This document shows, one piece after another, positions 10,038 to 18,328 of a stretch of 44,245 nucleotides of DNA; positions within the stretch are counted from its first letter, which is position 1; every line of letters starts with the position of its first letter. A program made the position numbers and the translations under genes. This stretch comes from an uncultured Pseudomonadales bacterium. GTDB taxonomy: Bacteria; Patescibacteriota; Microgenomatia; UBA1400; PJMF01. The DNA lies in assembly GCA_964400865.1 (NCBI GenBank), contig CAYNWG010000003.1, forward strand, positions 1-44,245. Reading direction: 5' to 3'. Under the pieces are notes generated by a model, which was not told where the DNA came from, made no database searches, and saw only the letters and a list, made by a program, of their open reading frames with translations.

Positions 10038-10946
10038 ATGATAACCATGATAAATGCAGTCACTCCTACTGGCGAACCAATTCCAGAATCCAACCCTGAT
10101 ATAGAAAACATTCCACCAACGCCCAACCTAGCTTCGGTTACTCCAATTGTGGAAACAGCTGTCACCTCACAAACTCAACCACTTGCACTGAATGTGCTGC
10201 CACCCCTCAGTCAAACCGAAAATCATACTACAAACGAACCCCCAGCTCCAACCTATTTGCAACCTGCTCCCGGTGCTAACCCTGCTCCCAACACACCCAC
10301 ACCTATCCCCGCACCTTTTTCTGGTACCACTGCGCCAAAATACACCAGCGACTCAAACAACCAATCAGTCTCAAAAAGGAAATTATTTGGGTATTTCTTA
10401 CTTGGATTTTTGCTTAATTTTCTTTTTCTTATCCCCACCGTGCTTTGGCTTGCCTTAAAAAGCAAAGTTGGTACAAAACAAAAATTTGTGGCATATCTAG
10501 TGGGTTTTGTGAGCTCCCTCGTTATTGGAGCATTCTTTAACGGAGTACTTACACAATTTATTAGCCAAAAATTAACTGAAACAATCCCAAGTTTGGCTTA
10601 TGTACCACAAACCATCAGTACTGTGTATCCAGAGTTAGAAGCTAGTGCTTCGGTGTACTACGAAAAAGAATTTACCAACGGATCAGAACTATCCACATCT
10701 ACGCTGACGGTCAACGTATCATCTCCAGAACCACTCGATTCAAACATGTACAAACAAGTTGGGATTTTAGCCTGTGACGCCCTTGTCAATCACAATGAAT
10801 CATTTGATAGAGTAGCAGTGAGCCAAACTGGAAAAAAGAAAGTGTTCATCTTTACTATTGATACTTTTGCCACCATCGATCAAACCTGTTTTGAATGGTA
10901 TGGTGGACCTCCGCCTATTTTGCCAGATACCTCAGTACTGGAATAG
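10038..10946 (+). CDS. Hypothetical membrane protein with a Pro/Thr-rich N-terminus
   Basis: ATG ORF of 302 aa. Low-complexity P/T-rich N-terminal ~110 aa, two hydrophobic helices (FGYFLLGFLLNFLFLIPTVLWLAL; FVAYLVGFVSSLVIGAFFNGVL), then a globular C-terminal domain. No recognisable family. Confidence 0.6.
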   Translation: MITMINAVTPTGEPIPESNPDIENIPPTPNLASVTPIVETAVTSQTQPLALNVLPPLSQTENHTTNEPPAPTYLQPAPGANPAPNTPTPIPAPFSGTTAPKYTSDSNNQSVSKRKLFGYFLLGFLLNFLFLIPTVLWLALKSKVGTKQKFVAYLVGFVSSLVIGAFFNGVLTQFISQKLTETIPSLAYVPQTISTVYPELEASASVYYEKEFTNGSELSTSTLTVNVSSPEPLDSNMYKQVGILACDALVNHNESFDRVAVSQTGKKKVFIFTIDTFATIDQTCFEWYGGPPPILPDTSVLE

Positions 10947-10957
10947 TTGACATATTT

Positions 10958-10966
10958 TGATATAAT
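10958..10966 (+). promoter_or_regulatory. Extended -10 promoter (TGaTATAAT), 8 nt upstream of ATG 10975
   Basis: TG at 10958-10959 and TATAAT at 10961-10966. Only 8 nt separate the box from the start codon and no SD is present, which implies a leaderless or near-leaderless mRNA. Confidence 0.45.
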
Positions 10967-10974
10967 TCTACTGT

Positions 10975-11409
10975 ATGACTACTAATGGTTTAGAACGAGA
11001 TGGGGTTGTCAATTTAGAAGATCCTGAAAAAGAAATAAGGGCCCACTTGGCATACATTGATCGTTTAAGAGGCCCTGTTACTGTTAGTCTAATCTTAGAA
11101 ATGTTAGAAAAATCGGTATTTAAACTCGATGATTTTACACAAGGTTTAAAACCGCGACTCTTCCTTGTGTACCTCAAATATAACTCTGATTTTTTACTGG
11201 AGCTTAAAGAGTTGATCGATAAAGGGCTGCCATTAGTTGGGGTAATTGAGCAGGTAAAACCAATAATAATAAAGTACGTTACACAGCTGATGCCTCACTT
11301 GTTCGATCAGATTTTTTGGGAATTTATCACTCAAAAGTATGAGGATATGCTGGATGACTACGCTCATCAACTACCACAATACCTGCTACGAATATCTCAG
11401 GCTGCTTAA
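10975..11409 (+). CDS. Hypothetical protein (144 aa, soluble, helical)
   Basis: ATG ORF with coding-like composition and no recognisable motif. Confidence 0.55.
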   Translation: MTTNGLERDGVVNLEDPEKEIRAHLAYIDRLRGPVTVSLILEMLEKSVFKLDDFTQGLKPRLFLVYLKYNSDFLLELKELIDKGLPLVGVIEQVKPIIIKYVTQLMPHLFDQIFWEFITQKYEDMLDDYAHQLPQYLLRISQAA

Positions 11410-11425
11410 AGCATAATTGCTTTAT

Positions 11426-11959
11426 CTAGATCAATTCTTTCACTTCTCGCCAGGCTAATTCAAACCATGGGACAAAGAATTCGGATTGATTCAGTTGTTT
11501 TTGGATGTGTGATGAATTAAGCCACTGGAACTCGGCAACTTCATTGGGGTTGACCGACAACTCTCCGTCGTAATTGGCAACAACACAGTGGTTAATTTCA
11601 TTCTCAGACCATTCTGCGGAATAAACAGCGTGATACTCATAGGCAGACACTACATGTACGTTATGCACTTGCCCAATTTGCAGACCGAGCTCGAAGGGCA
11701 AGCGTCGAAGTGCGGCTTGCTCAATCGTTTCATTAGGAAACCAAGGATGAGATGAGCAAGCCGCATCCCACCACAAGGGCCACAAGGGTTTTTTTTGACT
11801 TCGTTGCGTAATTAGCCACTCGCCTTTCTGATTTTGCAAAAAGATGGTAAAGGCCCTATGGAGTCTTCCCGCTTTTTGATGAGCCTCAATTTTGCCGATC
11901 TCACCAATCACTTCATCGGCGCTATTGACCAACATAATGGTTTCAGCACCAGATTCCAT
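11426..11959 (-). CDS. idi: Isopentenyl-diphosphate delta-isomerase, type 1 (Nudix superfamily)
   Basis: LHRAFTIFLQNQKGEWLITQRSQKKPLWPLWWDAACSSHPWFPNE...AALRRLPFELG matches the type 1 IDI core (LHRAFS..., WP..W.N.CCSHP). The longest ORF reaches 12055, but that extension overlaps the divergent promoter at 12056-12083. ATG at 11959 (MESGAETIMLVN...) gives an IDI-sized 177-aa product. Confidence 0.75.
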   Translation of the reverse strand: MESGAETIMLVNSADEVIGEIGKIEAHQKAGRLHRAFTIFLQNQKGEWLITQRSQKKPLWPLWWDAACSSHPWFPNETIEQAALRRLPFELGLQIGQVHNVHVVSAYEYHAVYSAEWSENEINHCVVANYDGELSVNPNEVAEFQWLNSSHIQKQLNQSEFFVPWFELAWREVKELI

Positions 11960-12055
11960 TTTTTTGTTTTGATTACCTAGGTCTGTGAATTGCATTCTCA
12001 ACATTATATATCCCACTGGTCTATTCACTTTGGCAAAATATTGGCTGGAACCCAC

Positions 12056-12096
12056 TTGACGCCAACCGCTTTACTAGTACAATCTAGATCAGGAGG
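12056..12096 (+). promoter_or_regulatory. Sigma70-like promoter plus strong SD for the 12106 gene
   Basis: TTGACG 12056-12061, 16-nt spacer, TACAAT 12078-12083, then AGGAGG 12091-12096 lying 9 nt before ATG 12106. Confidence 0.55.
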
Positions 12097-12105
12097 AAAG
12101 ACTAT

Positions 12106-12552
12106 ATGGAAATATTATCTACTGTTGAAACCCCTGAAGATTTAGAAAATCAAATCGGTATTGACGAAGAAAAGCTTCGCGAGGCAGTTCTCAAGCTGAG
12201 TGAAAATACTGATACCGTAGGCGAATTATTTGAAAAACTTGGATTAACGGAAGAAGAAGCAGTCGAGTTACAACAACAATACGGACTTTCTGGTAAAGAT
12301 TGGCTGGATATACTAACTTTTGGCTCAAGAGACTCAGCTATACAAATGGCCTTCATGTATGTGCTAATGATAGCAGTGGTAATTGGTTCACTTGCGGTGA
12401 CTGATGCGTTTATCGTTGAAAAAGGCTGTACTCCGCCAGAATTCCTCGCTAGTTTTCTAGGTGTTTTCGCAGTTGTAACATTAATGTCATTTGGGTCATT
12501 CTTAGCATTTAATGTTATTCGTGAACTTAAAAAGAGAAAGAAAATTAAATAA
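12106..12552 (+). CDS. Hypothetical membrane protein (acidic N-terminal domain, 2 C-terminal TM helices)
   Basis: ATG preceded by AGGAGG. C-terminal helices AFMYVLMIAVVIGSLAV and FLGVFAVVTLMSFGSFLAFNVI, then a KKRKKIK tail. Confidence 0.65.
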   Translation: MEILSTVETPEDLENQIGIDEEKLREAVLKLSENTDTVGELFEKLGLTEEEAVELQQQYGLSGKDWLDILTFGSRDSAIQMAFMYVLMIAVVIGSLAVTDAFIVEKGCTPPEFLASFLGVFAVVTLMSFGSFLAFNVIRELKKRKKIK

Positions 12553-12966
12553 TCATTCGCAAGTTCCCACTACATAGCCAAGGTGTTGATAGCTTGATTC
12601 TCCTAATGATTTAGTTCCTGTTTCCCCATAAAATCGACACCCAGCGCAGGCATTGGCGTATTGTAAATTCTGAATTGTTTGTTGACCTTCTCTCAAGACA
12701 GTATAGTAAGAACAAACTGTTTCTTTGGGAAAGGTATCGCAAGATGCTTGGTACTCCTGGCCAGATTGTTTAAAAAACTGACTGCAATCGGTCGACAGAT
12801 TAGCTGGTACCCCTACATCAGCATTTTTTTGAATTTCTTCACCTAATATTCTGTCCGTAGCATCAGTTGAAAAGGGCGTTTGAGAATCAGTCATACGACT
12901 CACAATGAAAACTCCAATGACCACTACTAGCACAAATCCAACAAATAACGTAATAGTTTTCTGCAT
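12553..12966 (-). CDS. Small membrane-anchored / secreted Cys-rich protein
   Basis: ATG 12966 is preceded by GGGAGGAAG; the track start at 12996 is a GTG. Signal-anchor MQKTITLFVGFVLVVVIGVFIV, then 8 Cys in the ectodomain. Stop abuts the stop of the convergent gene with a 0-nt gap. Confidence 0.6.
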   Translation of the reverse strand: MQKTITLFVGFVLVVVIGVFIVSRMTDSQTPFSTDATDRILGEEIQKNADVGVPANLSTDCSQFFKQSGQEYQASCDTFPKETVCSYYTVLREGQQTIQNLQYANACAGCRFYGETGTKSLGESSYQHLGYVVGTCE

Positions 12967-13033
12967 ACAACTTCCTCCCAATCTTAAAATATACACCTAC
13001 GCAATAGATATGTCTATCTGATTCTCTTTGAAA

Positions 13034-13699
13034 CTATTCTGATGTAGTGTGAAAAATTTCTGATTTGACCTCTGATACCGCCAGTGGAACTGTGGTTTGG
13101 ATTAGTGACGTAATTTCGTCTTTGGCTGTTGCAAGATTTAGCCAACTTTCCCATTGATCTCTAGCTAACACCACGGGCTGTCGATCATGAATCGATTTAA
13201 GTGGCGCAATTGCGGAGCGAGTAATAATGGTACAACTCTCAACCGTGTGCTGGCCATCAGTCCAAGTTTCATATAATCCCGCTAAACCCACAATTTCCTC
13301 TCCAACTACTTCCACTCGGTAGGGTACTTTTTGGGGCTTGGATCCATCCATTTTAACTACTGTCTTAAATTCGTAAAACCAGGTTGAGGGGATCAAACAT
13401 CGTTGATGATGCGACCAGGCCGACCGGTATGTCGGCTTGGTCGCGACATCTTCCGAGCGAGCGTTGAATGTACTAAACTTCATTTTCCTCGGATCATCCT
13501 TCCACCAGTTGGGAATGAATGACCAATAACGCATTACTAGTTTATTTGGCGAATTCTTAGAAATTGTCGGAATTAATGACTTGGGATAAAACTTAATTGA
13601 CTGAATATCTTTTTCGTCTTTTGGCATGTTTGATACCTGAAATAAATCCGCAATTTGTCGCGCACTCATGCCAGTGGAAAATGCAAAAAAACCACACAT
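13034..13699 (-). CDS. SOS response-associated peptidase (SRAP / YedK / HMCES family, DUF159)
   Basis: Starts MCG (catalytic Cys2), has the typical length of 221 aa, and carries motifs FNARSE, RCLIP..WFYE and P...IHDRQPV. Confidence 0.85.
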   Translation of the reverse strand: MCGFFAFSTGMSARQIADLFQVSNMPKDEKDIQSIKFYPKSLIPTISKNSPNKLVMRYWSFIPNWWKDDPRKMKFSTFNARSEDVATKPTYRSAWSHHQRCLIPSTWFYEFKTVVKMDGSKPQKVPYRVEVVGEEIVGLAGLYETWTDGQHTVESCTIITRSAIAPLKSIHDRQPVVLARDQWESWLNLATAKDEITSLIQTTVPLAVSEVKSEIFHTTSE

Positions 13700-13700
13700 T

Positions 13701-14429
13701 CTATTGCAATACCTTCATTTCTGTTGGTGCACTACCAGTAAAGTTTAGTGTCCCTCCAGTAAAATTGGCCTGTTGAACATCCAGTCCGGGTACATTGCTA
13801 ATAATATGATTGGCCACACTAACAAAAGTGCTGTTGGCATCAATTTTTCCTAACGGCACTGGTAAACGCCCGACTTCTAAATAATCAATTTGTGCGGTTA
13901 CCTGATTATTTGTCACACTACCTGTGCCTTTCCCATAAATAATCGGGTTCGTCGCAATTACACCCAAGAAATTCATGCCTTTTTCTACGTCTGCTTTGGT
14001 ATATTGAGTACCTCCAACCTGACTAATAAAGCCATCCAGCCGATCCATTCGCAATCTTCCAGCCACTTCAACAGAACCATCGGGGGAAAATTTAATTTGA
14101 ACTTGATCAACAGGCATATACTTCCAAGTACTATAATTCAGTCTCCCCGACACTTCTTCTTGCGTAAATGAGGCTGCTACTGGCTCAGAACCAGAGTAAA
14201 CGACTGATTTACCCTCGATGGGCGACTCAAGGCTTTCAATTTTGGCAGCCGATTTTATTAGATACTCACTGAAGTTTTCCTGAGTTGCCACTACACCTAA
14301 ATCCCTTGGTTTGTCTGAGCCAAACCAACTTGAAACTATTGGTACAAAGCCCAAATAGCCCAAAACCAAAATTGAGCCAACAACTATCAGCACTACTGTT
14401 CCAAATAAAAAAAGGAGAAATGTTTTCAT
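13701..14429 (-). CDS. Hypothetical N-terminally anchored extracytoplasmic protein
   Basis: ATG ORF with an N-terminal TM (FLLFLFGTVVLIVVGSILVLGYLGFV) and a beta-rich ectodomain. Its stop lies 1 nt from the SRAP start. Confidence 0.6.
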   Translation of the reverse strand: MKTFLLFLFGTVVLIVVGSILVLGYLGFVPIVSSWFGSDKPRDLGVVATQENFSEYLIKSAAKIESLESPIEGKSVVYSGSEPVAASFTQEEVSGRLNYSTWKYMPVDQVQIKFSPDGSVEVAGRLRMDRLDGFISQVGGTQYTKADVEKGMNFLGVIATNPIIYGKGTGSVTNNQVTAQIDYLEVGRLPVPLGKIDANSTFVSVANHIISNVPGLDVQQANFTGGTLNFTGSAPTEMKVLQ

Positions 14430-14488
14430 AATAGAATTATTATCTCTCGAAGTGGCCAGATGTCAAATAAGTTGAGTAAATTAGCGTA

Positions 14489-14518
14489 TTGACTTCGCCA
14501 AGAAACTATCTCTATACT
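14489..14518 (+). promoter_or_regulatory. Sigma70-like promoter driving a leaderless mRNA for the surface operon
   Basis: TTGACT 14489-14494, 18-nt spacer, TATACT 14513-14518, then 7 nt to ATG 14526 with no SD. Confidence 0.55.
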
Positions 14519-14525
14519 GGATGAT

Positions 14526-15581
14526 ATGAAACTTCGAAAACAATCGTATTCTTTGGTTGGTTTGCTTTTAGCTGTTTTTTTTGCGCTCTTTAGCCCCCTA
14601 TTTGTAACACAAACTCAAGCGGTGGAAGCTGGTAGCACCTATATGCGCTGTGACCGTATGAAAGAAAATACCAATCCCGGCAACTGTTTGGTAGTTTTTA
14701 CGACATCATCAACTGCGGCCACAGAAACTACCATCAAGCTAACACTTGATGCAGAATGGGTATCTACTACGAATTTTTCCACAACTCCGGGAAACTACAC
14801 AGTATCCACTGCCGGATTACCAGTTGGCGTAACCGCGATGCCAGGTATTGCAACAGCTGACAATGTCTCAGGCAATACTATTCGCTTTCCAGTTACCGCT
14901 CTTACTAACAGCACTACCTACGGATTTTTTATTACTAATGGTGGCACTGGTCTGATTAGCAATCCCGCAGCCTCCACTACCCAAATACATACTATTTTCA
15001 CTCGGACTGGTGCTGATGCCGCGACTGCAGACACTAAAGATGTGGCAGTACCCACCATTGCCAACGACCAAATTGTTATCACTGCCACAGTGGCTCCAAC
15101 TTTTACTTTTGTCTTTAACAACAATGCTCAAAATCTAGCATTAGCCGTGGGCTCAGTCATTTCAGGGACGGGCACCACAATTACCGTCACCACTAATGCA
15201 GCTAGTGGTTGGAGCGCATGGGCTTTGAGTGCTAATCAATCACTTGATTCTGCTGCGTCTGGAGATACCATCGTTACGACTGGTACAGTCAATGATACCC
15301 CAGATACAATCAGCGCGGGTACTGAAGGGTATGTCTTAGATGTTGATCTCACTACGGATGGTGCTAGCGGAGGTACGGTTACGATCGATCCTGAGTATAA
15401 CGGCACGACAACATCAATGGGTGGCACCCTGAGCGCTACCTATGAAGCGATAGCAACCGCTAATGGTGCTGCTAGTAGTGACGTACTTACCCTGATTCCA
15501 AGAGTTGCAATTTCAGGTTTGACAGAAGCAGCCACTGACTACACCGACACACTGACAGTTGTCGGAGCGGGAATCTTCTAG
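14526..15581 (+). CDS. Secreted surface protein, WxL-like C-terminal domain (locus subunit A)
   Basis: Signal peptide MKLRKQSYSLVGLLLAVFFALFSPLFVTQTQAVEA and a Thr/Ala/Gly-rich beta-type composition. The N-terminal domain is paralogous to the N-terminus of the 966-aa protein. The C-terminal half aligns with the 361-aa protein and ends DYTDTLTVVGAGIF. GWSAWAL plus this C-terminal strand recall the two motifs of the WxL domain; that assignment is inference. Confidence 0.6.
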   Translation: MKLRKQSYSLVGLLLAVFFALFSPLFVTQTQAVEAGSTYMRCDRMKENTNPGNCLVVFTTSSTAATETTIKLTLDAEWVSTTNFSTTPGNYTVSTAGLPVGVTAMPGIATADNVSGNTIRFPVTALTNSTTYGFFITNGGTGLISNPAASTTQIHTIFTRTGADAATADTKDVAVPTIANDQIVITATVAPTFTFVFNNNAQNLALAVGSVISGTGTTITVTTNAASGWSAWALSANQSLDSAASGDTIVTTGTVNDTPDTISAGTEGYVLDVDLTTDGASGGTVTIDPEYNGTTTSMGGTLSATYEAIATANGAASSDVLTLIPRVAISGLTEAATDYTDTLTVVGAGIF

Positions 15582-15594
15582 TACACTGCTTAGT

Positions 15595-16734
15595 GTGCAA
15601 AAGCCATCAATACATATCAGCTCACTATTATTCATAATTGCATTTTTTCTGCTGTCATACTTCCCAGTCTTCGCCCAAGTCGATGAGCGACCGCAGGCTG
15701 GATTTACCATCGCCTCTGATTCTGCCTTGATTACTGAAACAACTGAGCTGAGTGGTACTCCCACTGTGACTCCACTGCCCCCACCCGTCAATGCTATCAA
15801 CCTCACCTTGTCTCCCATTACGCTTCAGTTAGAAGTTAAGCCAGGAGAATCTAAATCCGGAGAAATTAAAATTCGCAACAACAGTACGGAGCCTGAAGCG
15901 CTCCGAGTTTCGTTTGCGACCTTTTCTTTTAACGAAACTACTCAGCAAATTAATCTTAATAATCAGAGTGACGAAACATTCCTGCAATGGATATCGGTTG
16001 ATCAACCAGAATTCGTGGTCCAACCCTCTGAGTGGTCAACTGTCAATGTCACCTTTGCTCCACCGCCAGAAGCTTCACTGGGATATTATTTCGCAGTTAT
16101 CTTTAATCGGGTTAGTGAACCAGCAGAAGACGGGACAACCAAGATTGCAGGAGCACCAGCCGTACTTGTTCTCAACAATGTTATTTCTCCATTTGCCAAA
16201 CGCGAACTACAACTGGATTCATTCAAAGTTCCCAAGATTTGGGTAGAATTTCTACCCCAACAATTCTTACTAAACATTAGAAACAGTGGCAACGTTCATT
16301 TGCCACCTACCGGTAATATTTTCATTGATAGTGGTACAAAAAAAGATATTGCTGTACTTTCAATCAATCCTGCCAACAGTTTGATTTTACCTGATTCAAG
16401 CCGAGAATATTCTGTAACTTGGAACGATGGTTTTCCCAAATGGGTAGCAGCTGCAGAAAAAGACCAACCAGTATTAGATGAAAATGGTCAACCCAAACAA
16501 AAGTTAGAATGGAACTTTGCTGAAGCAGATCGATTCCGAATTGGCAAGTATACTGCACACCTTTTGCTAGTGTATGATAATGGCGAACGTGACGTACCAA
16601 TTGAGTCATTTGTTTCATTTTGGGTGATACCATGGCGAATCAGCATAGCAGTCATCATTGTCTCCATCTTTTTCCTACTAGGCATCAGGTCAACCCTAGC
16701 TGGTGTTTTTCGATCCTTCAAACGAAAAAAATAA
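15595..16734 (+). CDS. Cell-surface protein, DUF916/DUF3324-like (WxL-interacting-protein-like), C-terminal TM anchor
   Basis: Signal peptide SSLLFIIAFFLLSYFPVFAQV. Ig-like segment LSPITLQLEVKPGESKSGEIKIRNNSTEPEALRVSF...GYYFAVIF. C-terminal TM plus basic tail (ISIAVIIVSIFFLLGI...FRSFKRKK). Start is GTG 15595, or TTG 15559 which overlaps the upstream gene. Confidence 0.55.
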   Translation: MQKPSIHISSLLFIIAFFLLSYFPVFAQVDERPQAGFTIASDSALITETTELSGTPTVTPLPPPVNAINLTLSPITLQLEVKPGESKSGEIKIRNNSTEPEALRVSFATFSFNETTQQINLNNQSDETFLQWISVDQPEFVVQPSEWSTVNVTFAPPPEASLGYYFAVIFNRVSEPAEDGTTKIAGAPAVLVLNNVISPFAKRELQLDSFKVPKIWVEFLPQQFLLNIRNSGNVHLPPTGNIFIDSGTKKDIAVLSINPANSLILPDSSREYSVTWNDGFPKWVAAAEKDQPVLDENGQPKQKLEWNFAEADRFRIGKYTAHLLLVYDNGERDVPIESFVSFWVIPWRISIAVIIVSIFFLLGIRSTLAGVFRSFKRKK

Positions 16735-17669
16735 TCCCGATTACAATAGCTTGGTTCGTTTTTTTATTTTTTTCTTTTAGCAATCCTAAGACTATTTTGG
16801 CTCAAACTGCCTCAGCCTCAAGTTCTGCCATCATCATTTCGCCGACTTTTCAGGAAGTCACAGTAAACGCAGATGACACAACTCAGACTGCGCAAATTGA
16901 AATCTCCAACCAAACCAATAAAAAACAATTATTTGAGGTATTTGCGGTTTCGGTCAATCAATTTGATAACCAAGGCAACTTTACGTTGGCGGACAAACCG
17001 CTTTCTAACTCTAACTCACCAGATTCTGCGTACATTACCTTCCCAAGTCCCGAATTGGAAATATCACCAAATCAAGTGGCTACAATTCCATTTACAGTTT
17101 TAAATACTCAAAATCTGTCGCCCGGTGGGAACTACTCTGTAGTAATTGTTCGGGCAAAACCAGATCAAGATGATTCACTGCCAAATCAAAGCGTCTTGCC
17201 AGCTGTGTCGTCATTTGTGTTGATTAGAAAAATAGGAGGTGAACAATACAATCTATCGTTGTTGGAAATATCCAATGATCATCAGGTGTGGTGGCAATTA
17301 CCCAAAACATTGAGTTTGGTCTTCGAAAATCAAGGCAATATTCACACAACACCTAGGGGTCAAATAAAAATTACCGATGTATTTGGCAAGGTGGTAGTAG
17401 AAGGCACCATCAATGAAGGCTCGCAATTTGTCTTTCCCCGAACACAAAAAGAGCTGCAGGTGCAACTGAGACAAATTCGCCCCAGCTGGCCAATTATGTT
17501 GTATACCATTACTGTACGGGGTGAATCAAGTCCTGGAGCAATCTCATACTTTCAACAATCATTTAGCGTCTTTGTTTCTTATGTTGGCATCATACTCTCT
17601 CTCTTAGTTGGTTTAATACTGAGCGCTGGCGCATGGTCTCTCCACAAAATCCTGAGGAAGAAGGCATGA
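16632..17669 (+). CDS. Second DUF916/DUF3324-like cell-surface protein with C-terminal TM anchor
   Basis: Same architecture as the previous gene: hydrophobic signal KKIIPITIAWFVFLFFSFSNPKTILAQT, ISPTFQEVTVN...IEISNQTNKKQLFEVF, GGNYSVVIV, and C-terminal TM VGIILSLLVGLILSAGAW plus KILRKKA. The nearest canonical start (ATG 16632) overlaps the upstream gene by 103 nt; see findings. Confidence 0.55.
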   Translation: MANQHSSHHCLHLFPTRHQVNPSWCFSILQTKKIIPITIAWFVFLFFSFSNPKTILAQTASASSSAIIISPTFQEVTVNADDTTQTAQIEISNQTNKKQLFEVFAVSVNQFDNQGNFTLADKPLSNSNSPDSAYITFPSPELEISPNQVATIPFTVLNTQNLSPGGNYSVVIVRAKPDQDDSLPNQSVLPAVSSFVLIRKIGGEQYNLSLLEISNDHQVWWQLPKTLSLVFENQGNIHTTPRGQIKITDVFGKVVVEGTINEGSQFVFPRTQKELQVQLRQIRPSWPIMLYTITVRGESSPGAISYFQQSFSVFVSYVGIILSLLVGLILSAGAWSLHKILRKKA

Positions 17670-18328
17670 GGTTGAACAATCGATGGCGAATTTTACTGAT
17701 TCTTATACTAATTTTGACAGTGTTATTGGTGATATTTTTTACTCAGTTTGTGGGAGAAAAATTTGGCACGGTTTCGGTCGATACCCTTTCTGAACGCTCG
17801 CAAGAATTTATAGCATCGGAACAACAAAAAGGCGGTTCCGAATGGAGAAATAGGTGGGTCGCCATTTCGGCTACACCCGCAGTAGAAAAGACAGCATCTG
17901 CTACAACTGACTGTTTTAGAGTGATAGCGCCATTTCCTATCCGATCAATCGAAAAAAATGATACGAAATCATGCGTAACCACTTTCCGAATCAGCTCTCC
18001 CTATAGCCGAGTAACCATTAGTTTAAGTACCTTATCAACCAAATTAACTGAACACTCGGCCGTACTCATGCGAGAATCAAATACTAAATCGTACACACCC
18101 ATCGCCTACATATCTCAGTTATTTCCGATTTATAAAATATATTCTGATCCGCAGGGAGTAAGTTTTTTTGCTGATACAAATGGGGAGTTGTTATCTGTCG
18201 TATTTAGTGAAACTTCTAGTCAAGAAACTATCGTGCAACAGTCTTTACCAAGTATTCTTGAAGCCATCCAAATTATTCCAAAAACCGAACGACAACTTGC
18301 TGCAACAGCTGCAAACAGCTTACAATGA
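17666..18328 (+). CDS. Hypothetical N-terminally anchored protein of the surface operon
   Basis: ATG 17666 overlaps the upstream stop (ATGA) and is preceded by GAGGAAGAAGG. TM WRILLILILILTVLLVIFF. Confidence 0.6.
   Translation: MRLNNRWRILLILILILTVLLVIFFTQFVGEKFGTVSVDTLSERSQEFIASEQQKGGSEWRNRWVAISATPAVEKTASATTDCFRVIAPFPIRSIEKNDTKSCVTTFRISSPYSRVTISLSTLSTKLTEHSAVLMRESNTKSYTPIAYISQLFPIYKIYSDPQGVSFFADTNGELLSVVFSETSSQETIVQQSLPSILEAIQIIPKTERQLAATAANSLQ

Noticed and set aside
11407-11424. 7-bp hairpin TAAAGCA-TAAT-TGCTTTA between convergent genes, considered as a bidirectional terminator
   Set aside because: The stem is A/U-rich and weak, has no U-tracts, and both arms are largely made of the two stop codons and adjacent bases. 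It is mentioned only in the convergent-gene finding.
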